DNA of 62,447 bases, counting the filler, from Chrysochromulina tobinii (Eukaryota): the NCBI GenBank assembly GCA_001275005.1. It is 7 parts of 7 records of this genome, joined end to end, with 100 filler letters (N's around TTAATTAATTAA, not from the genome) between each part and the next. Parts side by side here need not be neighbours in the genome. Positions count along the whole stretch, not along the records: positions 30,781 to 41,876 come from JWZX01001036.1; positions 41,977 to 49,551 come from JWZX01001038.1; 5 more parts are not named here. One strand, given 5' to 3'. The position numbers and the translations under genes were made by a program. Below are positions 34,561 to 45,400 of the stretch, in pieces. Below the pieces are notes generated by a model. The model searched no databases and was not told where the DNA came from. It worked only from the letters and a program-made list of their open reading frames with translations. Every line of letters starts with the position of its first letter. The first letter of the stretch is position 1.

Positions 34561-36899
34561 CTCTTAAATCCAAGATCGCATCTTGTGGCGGGCAAGCCAC
34601 GGCTTACTCTACGAGTCGTCGGCTCGCCCTGGGTTGCGCGGGTCTCGGGGTTTACGGCAACGCGTTCTTCTATGGGACATGCTTCGGCGGCTCATTCGAT
34701 GACATAGAGAACCGCCTCGGTCCCGCCAGCAGGAGGGCCATGCAAGGGGCGGGCATCAAGGGACCGCGCCGTTCATTCTCATCTCCACGCGTACAACTTC
34801 ACGCCAAGCCGGGAGGCATCACCGCGGGCGCCAACGATGACCTTGCTCAGCACATCGTCGACATCGCTGGGCCAGGCGCCTTTGTGTCTGGATACGGTAA
34901 TGCCCACGTTTGGCCGGCTATGATGGCCGCGGGGCTCATGACACTCGTCAACGCGCTCGCGTCTCCGCTTCACACCCCCGCCGCTGACCGCGCGCATCAC
35001 GCCGTTGCTCGTGTTCTATGGACACTCGGACTTCGACGGCTCAACTACGGCCCCCGGGGGATATGGCTGGGCCCAGTCAGCGAGCACCTCCGCACGTCCA
35101 ACATAGTAGAAAGACCCCTATGGCTTTTATGCCAAATTGGTGCTGGTTACCTCCCTCTCGTTGACTGTCACTTCGATGAGTGGTCTCCGCTTCGACCCGA
35201 AAGGTGGCCCGGCTACCCGTCGGACTGGGTTAGTCTGTGGCATGGCGGCCTTTATGATCAGCTCCGCTCCAAGGGAGTCACCTTTTGCCCCATTCTCGCC
35301 GCGGGAGGTATTGCCGAGCTCGCCAACCTGTGTGACGAGCTCCACGGCGACTTCCTCAGTGAGGACGAAATTCTTGAGGCGCACCCACGCGCCATTGAGC
35401 TCGGGGCATCGGAAGCAAGGAGAGAACTCCGTGGCCTCTTGGGAGCCATCTCGGCGTGTCACATAGCACCCGTGCCTGGACGGCCGGGGTGGGCCATGGC
35501 TGACGCTGCAGAGGGCGTCATCCCATCGTACGCTCCAGCTGCTGAGTATGGGCTATTCAGACAGGTATCGCTTGCGCACCTCTCGGCTCGTAAACGCAGT
35601 GGAGACGGTGGCGCTCGCCTAGCAACGCTTCTTGACGTCAACACGGACTTGAGCGCTCTTCGGGCCGCAATACACTCGCTGCCCGATGAAGTGGCTACCT
35701 CATTCACAGACGTGTTCTCTGGCGTCCCTTACAACTCGATTGCGTCTCGCTCTAGGCTCAAGTATTTTCTCCTACAATTCCCGGAGCTCATTCCGGTCAT
35801 TGCTGCCGTCACGTCGACCTCGGAGTACGTTGCGGACGTGAGTGGATTTTGGTCAATCTTCTACCACGCCCGTTTTATCGCCGCCCGAATTCTTTCTGGC
35901 ACCACTGTGCAAGCGTCTGAGCAAACCCTCCAGCGGGCGCACCAAGTCCTCGCTTGTGCGAAGGCTCAAGGGGTTGACTGGCTTATGTGGCTGTCGGCGC
36001 GTCCTGAAAATGTCAGGGAACCTTTACCTGATCCCGAGAGCCCAAACGGGGAGGCCACGGAATCGGCATCTCCTACTCGCCCCTCGGACGGATCGCGATC
36101 TGCTATTCTACAGGAGCGAAGGGAGCAACTTCTCGGGGACGTGGAAGCTCTGCAACGCGTTGTAGTCTCGCTTCAAGAATATCAAGAACAGAATACTCAC
36201 ATAGAGGAGGCGCGCCAATTTCGTGAGTGGCTTCGAGAAGGCGGGGCAACCCACCTGCCTCCATCAAGTGACGAGGACGAGCGTGATGAGATGCCCGGTG
36301 GCGCAACGCGCGGGGGCGGAGGAATGCATCACGCGTCAATCAGCCCCAAGGTGACCACTCCTACACCGGTCGTGCCGTGCTGGATGTCCGAGCCCCTCCT
36401 CCTCTGCGACTTCTCCCTCTCTTACATCACTCCGGCGATGAAAAAACGGGAGGCGATGCGCCCCCCTCTCGACACGGACGAGGCCTGTCGCGTCATTCGC
36501 TCTACGGATCGCTTTGGCACCCTCCTCATCAGTCTGCACCCTCAAGCGCCTCCGACGGACTCTGCGGTTCATCGCGCCTTTGTTGAAGCCAAGGAGCGCA
36601 TCCTCGGAGCTCAATCTCGCAGCGAAGGAGGCATATCAGCTCGGCACCCGAGGTGGCAAGTAGCTCGCTGTCGGATCGACGCCGCTTGGCTCCACCTGCG
36701 AGATCGTGACAACCGGCTGCATGCATGGTCCGCTTGGTTGGGACAGCGCAGAGGGCCCGTGACCAACACGATCAAGTGTGTTCTTCATGGTACCGCGCTT
36801 CACTCCCTTCTTGCCTCACCCGTTGCCGGAGGGCCTGGACGGGCTCTGGGTGCGACTGTTGGATCGGAAATAACGGAGCTTCTGGCCGCTAGCGAGCCT

Positions 36900-37740
36900 C
36901 ACCCGACAAACCCGCACCTTCGTACCCTCGACATCTCCTACCGCCACTCTGAGAGGGGCGCTCGCCTGGTCGCCGCCGGTTTTGTCCGATTCAGTCGAGA
37001 ATACGGTGTTGGAGCAGATCCCTTCAAATGCTCCAGGGCGTGTAGGGACGCCGCCATGGGCGAAGTTAGTCACGACCTCGATGACGCCGTCAGCTTCCCG
37101 ACGGCACAGCAGGCGCTCTTTCCGAGCGCCCTCTTGGACCGCGGAACCGTCATCCGCATGGATCAAAGCGCCATTCTCATCGCTCACCCTAAAGAAGTGC
37201 GGCTCGCTGTCGGCCGGCATTTCCTACGCGAGGACCTTCTGGGCTCTGACGAGATCTACAACAGGGCAAAAGTGCTTCTCAGTGCTGTTGAGAACGGCGC
37301 ATCGTGCGAAGCGTGGATTCGCAGGCAACCCCCGGGTGACGTCCGCAGCTCGTCAGTCTGCGACGACCTGCAGATCAGTGCAGCTCTCATGTTCAACTTG
37401 GCAACGTTCGCACGCGAACAAGAAGCTCGCGCACGTTGGCTCGCCGCGTCTCGACCGGACCTGGTTCGGTACCTCGCAACCATCAACACTTTTATGGAAG
37501 AGGGCGACCGCGACAGTGACCTCACGGCCAAGTCGTACATCCTTCAGGACTACGAGGGCGCCTCTAGGCGGGCTAAGCTCGAGTGGGCTCACAAGGCTCA
37601 AGCCCAAGTCATTAATCTACAACACGACGGAGTACGGATGCGCATCCCTTTTCACTGCACCATTGAGGCCGTCGTTCAACAAATCTCAGATGCGTGCTCT
37701 GTCGCGCTCGGTTACCGTCAGGCCGTCGTTGTCAAAAGCT
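36900..37740 (+). other. Family-A/T7-superfamily (TV-Pol-like) polymerase palm-fingers domain, putative
   Basis: SREYGVG..R..R, HDLDDAVSFP (motif A-like, 37071), RAKVLLSAVENG (motif B-like, 37263), SYILQDYEG (37533), VINLQHDG (motif C-like, QHDG at 37620). Confidence 0.6.
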
Positions 37741-38279
37741 CCCCCTCGGGCTCAATGCTACTCGACCGCGTTCGCCCCTCTATCATACCGCCGCGCATCC
37801 CTCAAAACCCGCCTACGCCTTTCACTCCCAACCCTTCTATTCTGGATAGCGCCCGTCATCACGACCTCAAGGATGCATTCGCTGCTCTCTTGGGTGACGC
37901 TTCCCCCCCGCCGGCCGGTGCGCCGTGTGCAGCGGGAGCGCCGCAACTTGCGCTGGATGGTGCCGCACGCCGTGCTATCTACTTTTACGAATCAAATGCG
38001 AAGGCGGATGTGCGCCTCTGGCATCAGCGTGTACAAGGAGGCTACCACCGGCGGTGGGAAGGCAGGGGTGCCGTGTGGCTGAACCGAGTGCGCCAAGCGT
38101 ACATCTTCGACGACCTCGGACGGCTAAAGGGAAACCCGTTCCACCCTGACTGCCCGCTGGCTGCTCGTTTTTGGTGGGAATGTCAGGCAGTTTGTGAGCG
38201 AGCGAACAAACCTGTCAAGGCGGAGGAGTGCCGGTTCGTCTTTGACAAACTTCTGGCGATCGAGTCGGAGTACCCCGTT

Positions 38280-38715
38280 ACTCACTTTGTTGCTACGGAT
38301 GGCTCTAAAAAGATCGACGCGGATTCGGGGGAAAAGCACGTGGGCAGAGCTTGCGTCACGGTTTCCGCGGGGGTCATGGGAAGCCTAGTGCTTGGAGGAC
38401 AACTCGACGTCTTCGCCGACAACTTCGAGAGGCACTCCTACGAGGCCGAGCTCGCAGCATTTCATGATCACCTCGCGGCCACGGCGGACACCGTCTCGGT
38501 CATCGTCACGGACTGTCTAAGCGGCATGCAAGCGGGACACGCCTTCCCGGGGCGCACAGTCTCCTCTCAAGCAGCCCGCTACCGAGACAAGGAGCTGGGC
38601 AATCTGGCGGAACTTGAACAGCGGCATCGGGCGGTCTTGTACGTGCACATCCACAGCCACACTGGTATTACGCCTAACGAGGCGGCGGATGCCGTGGCCA
38701 CGTCCATGCTTCACG
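38280..38715 (+). other. RNase HI domain of retroelement
   Basis: FVATDGS, YEAELAAF, IVTDCLS, HIHSHTGITPNEAADAVA; D-E-D-H-D all present. Confidence 0.92.
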
Positions 38716-41212
38716 CTCCCCTTCTTCCCCTCGATCTCCTGCCATCCGCTCACGCCAAGTGCCGGGTTTTCGGGGTCAAGCGGGGAGTTGGGCGCGCGGC
38801 GTTTGACTTCTGCGCTGCGGTCATGGTGGCTAAGCTGGCGGGCGCCTCCTCTTTCACCCTCCTCGAGAACGAAGACACCTGGCCTCTGCTCTGCCGTCAC
38901 CCAGTTCGGGCGAAGCTACTCACGGAGGCTACCCACGCGTCCATCATGGACGCGCGAGCGGATCGGTGCGGCCTCCTGGCGGATCGCCTGGGGGACGGGC
39001 TGCGTGAGCGCGTACTACCTGGAGTGGCGCAAATAGATCGCGCACGCGAGTATGGCGCGCAAAAGGGAGGGTGGGAATGGTGGTGTCAGGTGCACGCACC
39101 GTGCCCCTGCCAAGGCTGCTTCATGGCACGTGACATTACAGTCGCGGGCCTTTGGCGACCTCCTCCGGCGAGAGCTCCTCAGACTCGATGGCACGCTATC
39201 ACAACGTGCGCCGTGGGTGAGTCGGTCATTCTCAGGTCTCGAGCTGAGGGGTGGCTCTCCCAACGCCTCAGCGATTTCGGTACCGCCCAAGCGCGATACG
39301 CGCTCGCGGCGCTATCTGGCCAAGCCCATTCTCTCGGACCCAGGGAAAAGCACGCTGCACTTCGGTTTATGCTGGGACTACCCGACACGCCCCGATCTCA
39401 ACGGGTCCTTGAGTCCAAAGAGACGGCGCGATCTTTGGCGCTGGGCTACGGCCGTGGTTTCCTCAAGTGGATTTCAGCTATCCTCCGGGAGGGGCGCCAG
39501 GCGGCGCACGTGGCGAAACACGGCTCAACGATCAAAGTCAACGCTGTTCGCACCACCGTCGTCAGCTATCGTGGCCGCGACGTCATCGTTCAGCGACCGG
39601 CCCCGCGCTCGGTGTGGACGGCTTCACGTGGTTTGCGGGAGACGTGGGACGGGGCTTGTTTGGTTCGCCGGGCCTTCCGCGCACTCAGGTTGTGGACAAC
39701 CATGGCAGGTCCAGAGGTACTTGACAGACCGCCTCGCGTACGCGGAGTGCCGGTCATCGAGCCCGACAGACAGGGCGGCCGTGACGCGGGGTGTCGAGCG
39801 TACGACCAGTGGGCCGACTACATCGTACTCGTCACGGCCCTTGCAGGTAAACTCTACGACCTCAAAGATAAGCTTCTCGTCATCGCTGGCTCGCACCGGC
39901 GGAAGCTGGTGTGGCTGCGCCATGCTGGTTTCGACCCCACCATCGAGCGGCGTAAGCGAGCTCGTGTGGAAGCAGTCCGACAAGCTGCCCTTCAAGCCCG
40001 CCAACGCAAACAAGAGGCTCAGGCTGGGCGCGCGGCGGCACATGCCCAAAGGCGTGAAAAAGCTCGAGTAGCACGGGAGGCCGCAGACGACTTGGCGGAA
40101 GCGGCGCGCCTTGCCTCCGCCGCAGTGACTAGACCTATGCGCTCATCCGTCGAAGCTACTATCGCCGCCATGGATTTTGACCGACGCTGCAATCAATCTA
40201 GGCCTCTTGAACCGTCAACGCCAGCCGCCCCCGTCCCCGCTGACCAAGCCCCGCCCCCATTCGTGTGCACTCGAGGCCACTTCCTCGTGCCAGCGCCCGT
40301 TCGAGGTGGACCCCAGAGCTTTCAAGTGCGGTGCAACGGCCCTTGTGGGCGCTCTATTGGGAAGGGCGTTCTCAGGTGGATGTGTGAAGGCCACGGGTGT
40401 GATATCGACATTTGCCTGGGGTGCGTCGTACACGATGACCAGGAGGGAGCCCTTCGTGGGCGTATTCGATGCCCCAGAGGACATAGCATGCTGTTCCTTG
40501 TCGTTGCACCCCCCTCCCACCTTCAGCTGAAATGCGATGGTGGGTGCCGCAGAACTCTGCGCGAAGGCACGTGGATCTACAGGTGTGCCACGTGTCAACT
40601 TGACCTTTGCGCTGCATGCTCTCCCGAGGGCGTCCTCCCAGTGGCGGCTCCGCCTCCGCCCAGAGTCAAGGCGAAACGAATCCGGGGGCAGCGTGCAAGC
40701 GCCCCGGACCGACCAGCTAAGCGACGGGCCGGGCCTGCTTGCCGTGGCAAACGTGACCCTCGAGCTCCCACCTTGTTCGACTCGGACAGTGACGAGGCAC
40801 CCGCTGACTCCGGCGGCGACGCACCGGGTGCGGCACGTGGGCATCAACCGGGCGCAGACAGGGAGGGGGAGGCACCAGTACGTGAGCTCAGCCGAGGCCA
40901 AGGACCGGCGTTCGCACGGCCGGGTGGTGCCCCGAGTCAGCCTCACGGGGAAGGGCCCGGGCGCAAGCGTAGCGGAATACCCTCTATACGTTCGCGCGGG
41001 CAAGGCTCGTGAACGCGAGCGGGACCCCCTTAAGGGTCCGCTCCGTCACCCCCTTGACACTCCCGCCCCCCCTCGTTTTTGGTCGATTCGGTGTTCGTGT
41101 GGTTGGGTGTGGCGCGTTTTGGCTGTGCGTGTGTGTGTGCGCCGCACCTTGCGCCCTCCACGTTGTGTCTCCACGGGACCTGTGGTCGTGCGTCTTGCCG
41201 GGATGGCAATCT

Positions 41213-41229
41213 AACGTGAACGTGAACGT
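41213..41229 (+). repeat. 3' tandem-repeat tail of the retroelement, (AACGTG)~3
   Basis: CTAACGTGAACGTGAACGTC ~200 nt after the polyprotein stop. Confidence 0.6.
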
Positions 41230-41876
41230 CGCCACTTAACACTGTAGAGGGTTTTTGCAGTTTTTTTTCACGCCTGTAAGGCAGGGGACAGGGGCAGGGG
41301 ACCACCCAAGACAGCCTGGGACGTTCGGTTGTCTTTTTCCTAGCTCAACCTCTGCTGGCACAACTCTCAAACCACCATCGAGGCGCTTTTTGCGTCCGGA
41401 CGCAGGCCCCGGGGCCGAAGACGCGGAATTGCGCGACCGCAGCGCGCCCGACGTGTGCCCCATCGCCATCCTGAGGGGTCTTCTACTTTGAACGACGAGC
41501 ACGCGATGCGGCGTCATGTGCCTGCGGCGTGCCGCGCACAACGATTTTGGTGCTGAGGACGACCGGTTGAGACTCGGGGCACGGCAACGCGCTAGGGCAA
41601 CAGGAGCGGTGCGAATTCCGAGCCCGTCCAGCGACGGGCACGGCGACGCGCTAGACCCCGGCGCCGAGCGTCGTCTTCCCCACGCCCGTTCCCATGACTG
41701 TGCACGCGCGGCTCGCCTCCTCGTGCATAGGTGTCAAGACGTCCAGGTGACGATCAGCGGGGCTGAGGCCGATCAGTGCACTACCGGAGCACGGCAGCGC
41801 ACTAGGGCTAGACCCAGGCGCCGAGCGTCGCCTTCCCCTCGCCCGTCCCCAAGATGAATGTGGACGCGACGCTGTC

Positions 41877-41976
41877 NNNNNNNNNNNNNNNNNNNNNNNN
41901 NNNNNNNNNNNNNNNNNNNNTTAATTAATTAANNNNNNNNNNNNNNNNNNNNNNNNNNNNNNNNNNNNNNNNNNNN
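41877..41976. other. Artificial contig-joining spacer
   Basis: N44-TTAATTAATTAA-N44. Confidence 0.99.
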
Positions 41977-42470
41977 CCTCTTGATTGCCTCTTGATTGCC
42001 TCCCTCGCACCGAGATCGAGTGGGTCGCTGATGACCTCTGATTGCCTCTTGATTGCCTCCTGATGACCTCTTGATTGCCTCTTGATTGCCTCTTGATTGC
42101 CTCCCTCGCACCGAGATCGAGTGGGTCGCTGATGACCTCTGATTGCCTCTTGATTGCCTCCTGATGACCTCTTGATTGCCTCTTGATTGCCTCCCTCGCA
42201 CCGAGATCGAGTGGGTCGCTGATGACCTCTGATTGCCTCTTGATTGCCTCCTGATGACCTCTTGATTGCCTCTTGATTGCCTCTTGATTGCCTCCCTCGC
42301 ACCGAGATCGAGTGGGTCGCTGATGACCTCTGATTGCCTCTTGATTGCCTCTTGATTGCCTCTTGATTGCCTCCCTCGCACCGAGATCGAGTGAGTCGCT
42401 GATGACCTCTGATTGCCTCTTGATTGCCTCTTGATTGCCTCTTGATTGCCTCCCTCGACCGAGATCGAGT
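41977..42470 (+). repeat. Intronic ~80-100-nt tandem array (exon-like CCGAGATCGAGTGGGTCGC + GATTGCCTCTT runs)
   Basis: About six visible copies. Confidence 0.85.
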
Positions 42471-45400
42471 GGGTCGCCAGCTGCACCGGCCCGCTCGTCA
42501 TCGTCGCATGCAAGTGCTCACCACGGCGCCACATCCCCCTCTGTTCCCCACAGGTGGGTCGCCAGCTGCACCGGCCCGCTCGTCATCGTCGCATGCAAGT
42601 GCTCACCACGGCGCCACATCCCCCTCTGTTCCCCACAGGTGGGTCGCCAGCTGCACCGGTCCGCTCGTCATCGTACTCCACTATGCAGATGGCTCCTCAA
42701 CCGCACGACCGAAGCCGGTGATTGCGCTTGATTGCGCTCGATTGCGCTTGATTGCGCTTGATTGCGCTTGATTGCGCTTGATTGCGCTTGATTGCTGATG
42801 GCTCCTCATCCGCACGACCGAAGCCGGTGAGCGTCAAAGCCTCTCGCTACGGCAGCGTGCACGCGCTCACCACGGCGCTCCACCCCTCTTCCCACAGGTG
42901 AGCGACAAGGCCTCTCGCTTCGACCCGCGCAACGGCTGCATGCACGCGCTCACCACGGCGCTCCTCCCCCTCTTTTCCCACAGGTGAGCGACAAGGCCTC
43001 TCGCTTCGACCCGCGCAACGAGCCGCGTGTGCTCGGCTGCTCGCTCTACGCCCCACCCCACGCACACGCACACGCGCACGCGCACGCGCCACACGCGCAT
43101 GGAGCGCTCACCACGGCGCTCGCCCAGCCCTCACCGTCGCACACGAGCCCCGCGGCGCTCACCACGGCGCTCGTCGACGCCTGTGGGGACTCGGGGCGCC
43201 GTGGTGAGCGTCCGCATGCACGCACCGACGGGTGCGCAGTGCACTGGTCGGTCGACGCCGAGGGCCAGGCGATGGACGTCGTGCACGCGCTGCTACTGGG
43301 TGAGGATGCGCGCGTGCGTGTGTGGCTCGCTCGCGTGCCCGAACGCGAAGCATGCAAGCGCTCACCACGGCGCCCCGCTCTCCCCACAGGTGAGATGGGC
43401 GTGTGTGGCTCGCTCGTGTGCCCGAACGCAAAGCTCATCCTACGCACGCTAGCCATCGTGCACGAGCAGCGGCAGCAGCGGCAGCAGCAGCGGCAGCAGC
43501 GGCAGCAGTATCAGTCACATACGGCGGCGGCGGCGCCTCCCCCGATGCCGCCGCCGCAGGGCACCGCCATCTGGCCAGCCCTCGAGCGATGGGTCGATCC
43601 GGTGCTCCTTGATGGCGCCTGATTGCCCTTGATTGCCATTGATGGCGCCTGATTGCCCTTGACCGGCCTTGATGGCGCTTGAGTACCATTGATGGACCTT
43701 GATGGGCCTTGATGGCGCTTGATTGACCTTGATGGCTCTTGATTGCCATTGATGGCGCTTGATGGCCCTTGATTCTCAATCCGGTGCTCCTCGGCTGGCA
43801 TGCAAACGCTCACGACGGCGCCTCCGCTTTCCCCACAGGTGCTCCTCGGCTGGCTACTCGAGCCCGATGCACCCGAGGAAGCGCTGCTGCTGCCCGGGCT
43901 CTACACGGCTCATCTCGCCGCTGCACCCGCCGCCGCGCCCGCCGCGCCCGCCGCCGAGAGCGCCGTCGTGAGCGCCGATCAGCGGCCCGCCGTGTCGTCG
44001 TCGCTCTCGCGTGTCGCGGCTGCCGCCGTATGCGCTGCGGCCACAGGCGAGCTGCTGAGCACTGATGAGCTCTGATGACCTCTAATAACCTCTAATAGCC
44101 TATGCAAGTGCTCACCACGGCGCGTCCCCTTTCCCCACAGGCGAGCTGTTGAGCACTGATGAGCTCTGATGACCTCTAATAGCCTATGCAAGTGCTCACC
44201 ACGGCGCGTCCCCTTTCCCCACAGGCGAGCTATTGAGCACCGAGGTGGAGCTCGCGGCGATCTTCGCACTGTCGGCGGCCCTCTCGGCTTGCATGCAAAC
44301 GCTCACCTCGGCGCCCCTACTTCCCCACAGGTGGAGCTCGCGGCGATCTTCGAGCTGTCGGCGGTGCTCTCGGCTCGTCTGACGGCGCTCATGCCTGAGG
44401 CGCGACTTCGGCCGGTGCTGATTGCGCTTGATTGTCAATGATTGCCTCCCTCATCAGCCTGCGCCGGTGCTGTGACGCGAGCTGCTAGCTGCATGCGGCC
44501 GAGAGACCTTGGTTGCGCTTGATTGCGCTTGGTTGCCCTTGATGGCCCTTGATGGCCTCCCTCATCAGGTGCTTCGTCGCGAGCTGCGTGCGGCCGAGCG
44601 GCTAGCGGCGATGGAGCTTGCAGGCATGCCTCTCGATACGCATGAGCTGCGCCAGCACAAGCACGCCATCAACACGCGGCTGCATGCGATCCAGGTGACT
44701 GCTGATGACCACTGATGACCACTGATGACTGCTGATGACCACTGATGAACACTGATGACACCACTGATGACACCACTGATGACCGCTGATGACCACTGAT
44801 GACCACTGATGACACCACTGATGACACCCCTCATCGCTCCAGACGCAAGCCGAGGCTCTACTGCATGCATGTGCTCACCCCGGCGCCCCCACCCTTTCCC
44901 CACAGACGCAAGCCGAGGCTCTACTGCACTCGCCGATCAACCTCGCGTCGGCGCAGCAGGTGCGTGAGCGAGGCCCTGCACGTGGCTGCATGCAAGTGCT
45001 CACCACGGCGCCCCCACCCTTTCCCCACAGGTGAGCGAGGCCCTCCACGTGACGCTACGGCTGCCCAAGCCGGTGCAGGTGCATGCGCTGGATTGCGCTT
45101 GATTGCGCTTGATTGCGCTTGATTGCCTCGGATTGCCCAAGCCGGCGCAGGTGCATGCGGCCGCACGGGCCACGCACGGCTCTGCATGCAAGCGCTCACC
45201 ACGGCGCTCCTCCCCTCTTCCCACAGGTGGATGCGGCTGCACGGGCGACGCACGGCTCTACCTCCGAGGCGCATCTGAAGCACCTCAGCCGCACTTTCCC
45301 GGGCTGCTCGTTGCCTAATTGGGTACTCACGAACCGCTGATGAACTCTGATTGCCTCTTGATTGCGTTTGATGACCTGCTGATTGCCTCCCTCATCAGGT

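Larger units (their letters stand above)
31273..41012 (+). pseudogene. Retroelement polyprotein (~3,250 aa reconstructed) with in-frame TGA at 32116 and 1-nt deletion frameshift at ~33737
   Basis: ORFs 31015-32118 and 32185-33882 share a frame across one TGA. RT sequence LRDIWLINHG continues as SKLAERCL in ORF 33561-41012. Confidence 0.85.
30781..41229 (+). mobile_element. Giant non-LTR (LINE-type) retrotransposon; 5' end probably cut by contig edge
   Basis: APE-RT-RNase H polyprotein, ~200-nt 3' UTR and (AACGTG)n tail; no introns evident. Confidence 0.9.

Noticed and set aside
41560..41876. Imperfect duplication GCACGGCA.CGC.CTAGGGC / GGCGCCGAGCGTCG.CTTCCCC downstream of the retroelement
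   Set aside because: Short, degenerate and at a contig end. It cannot be tied to the element, and no target-site duplication is testable because the 5' flank is missing.
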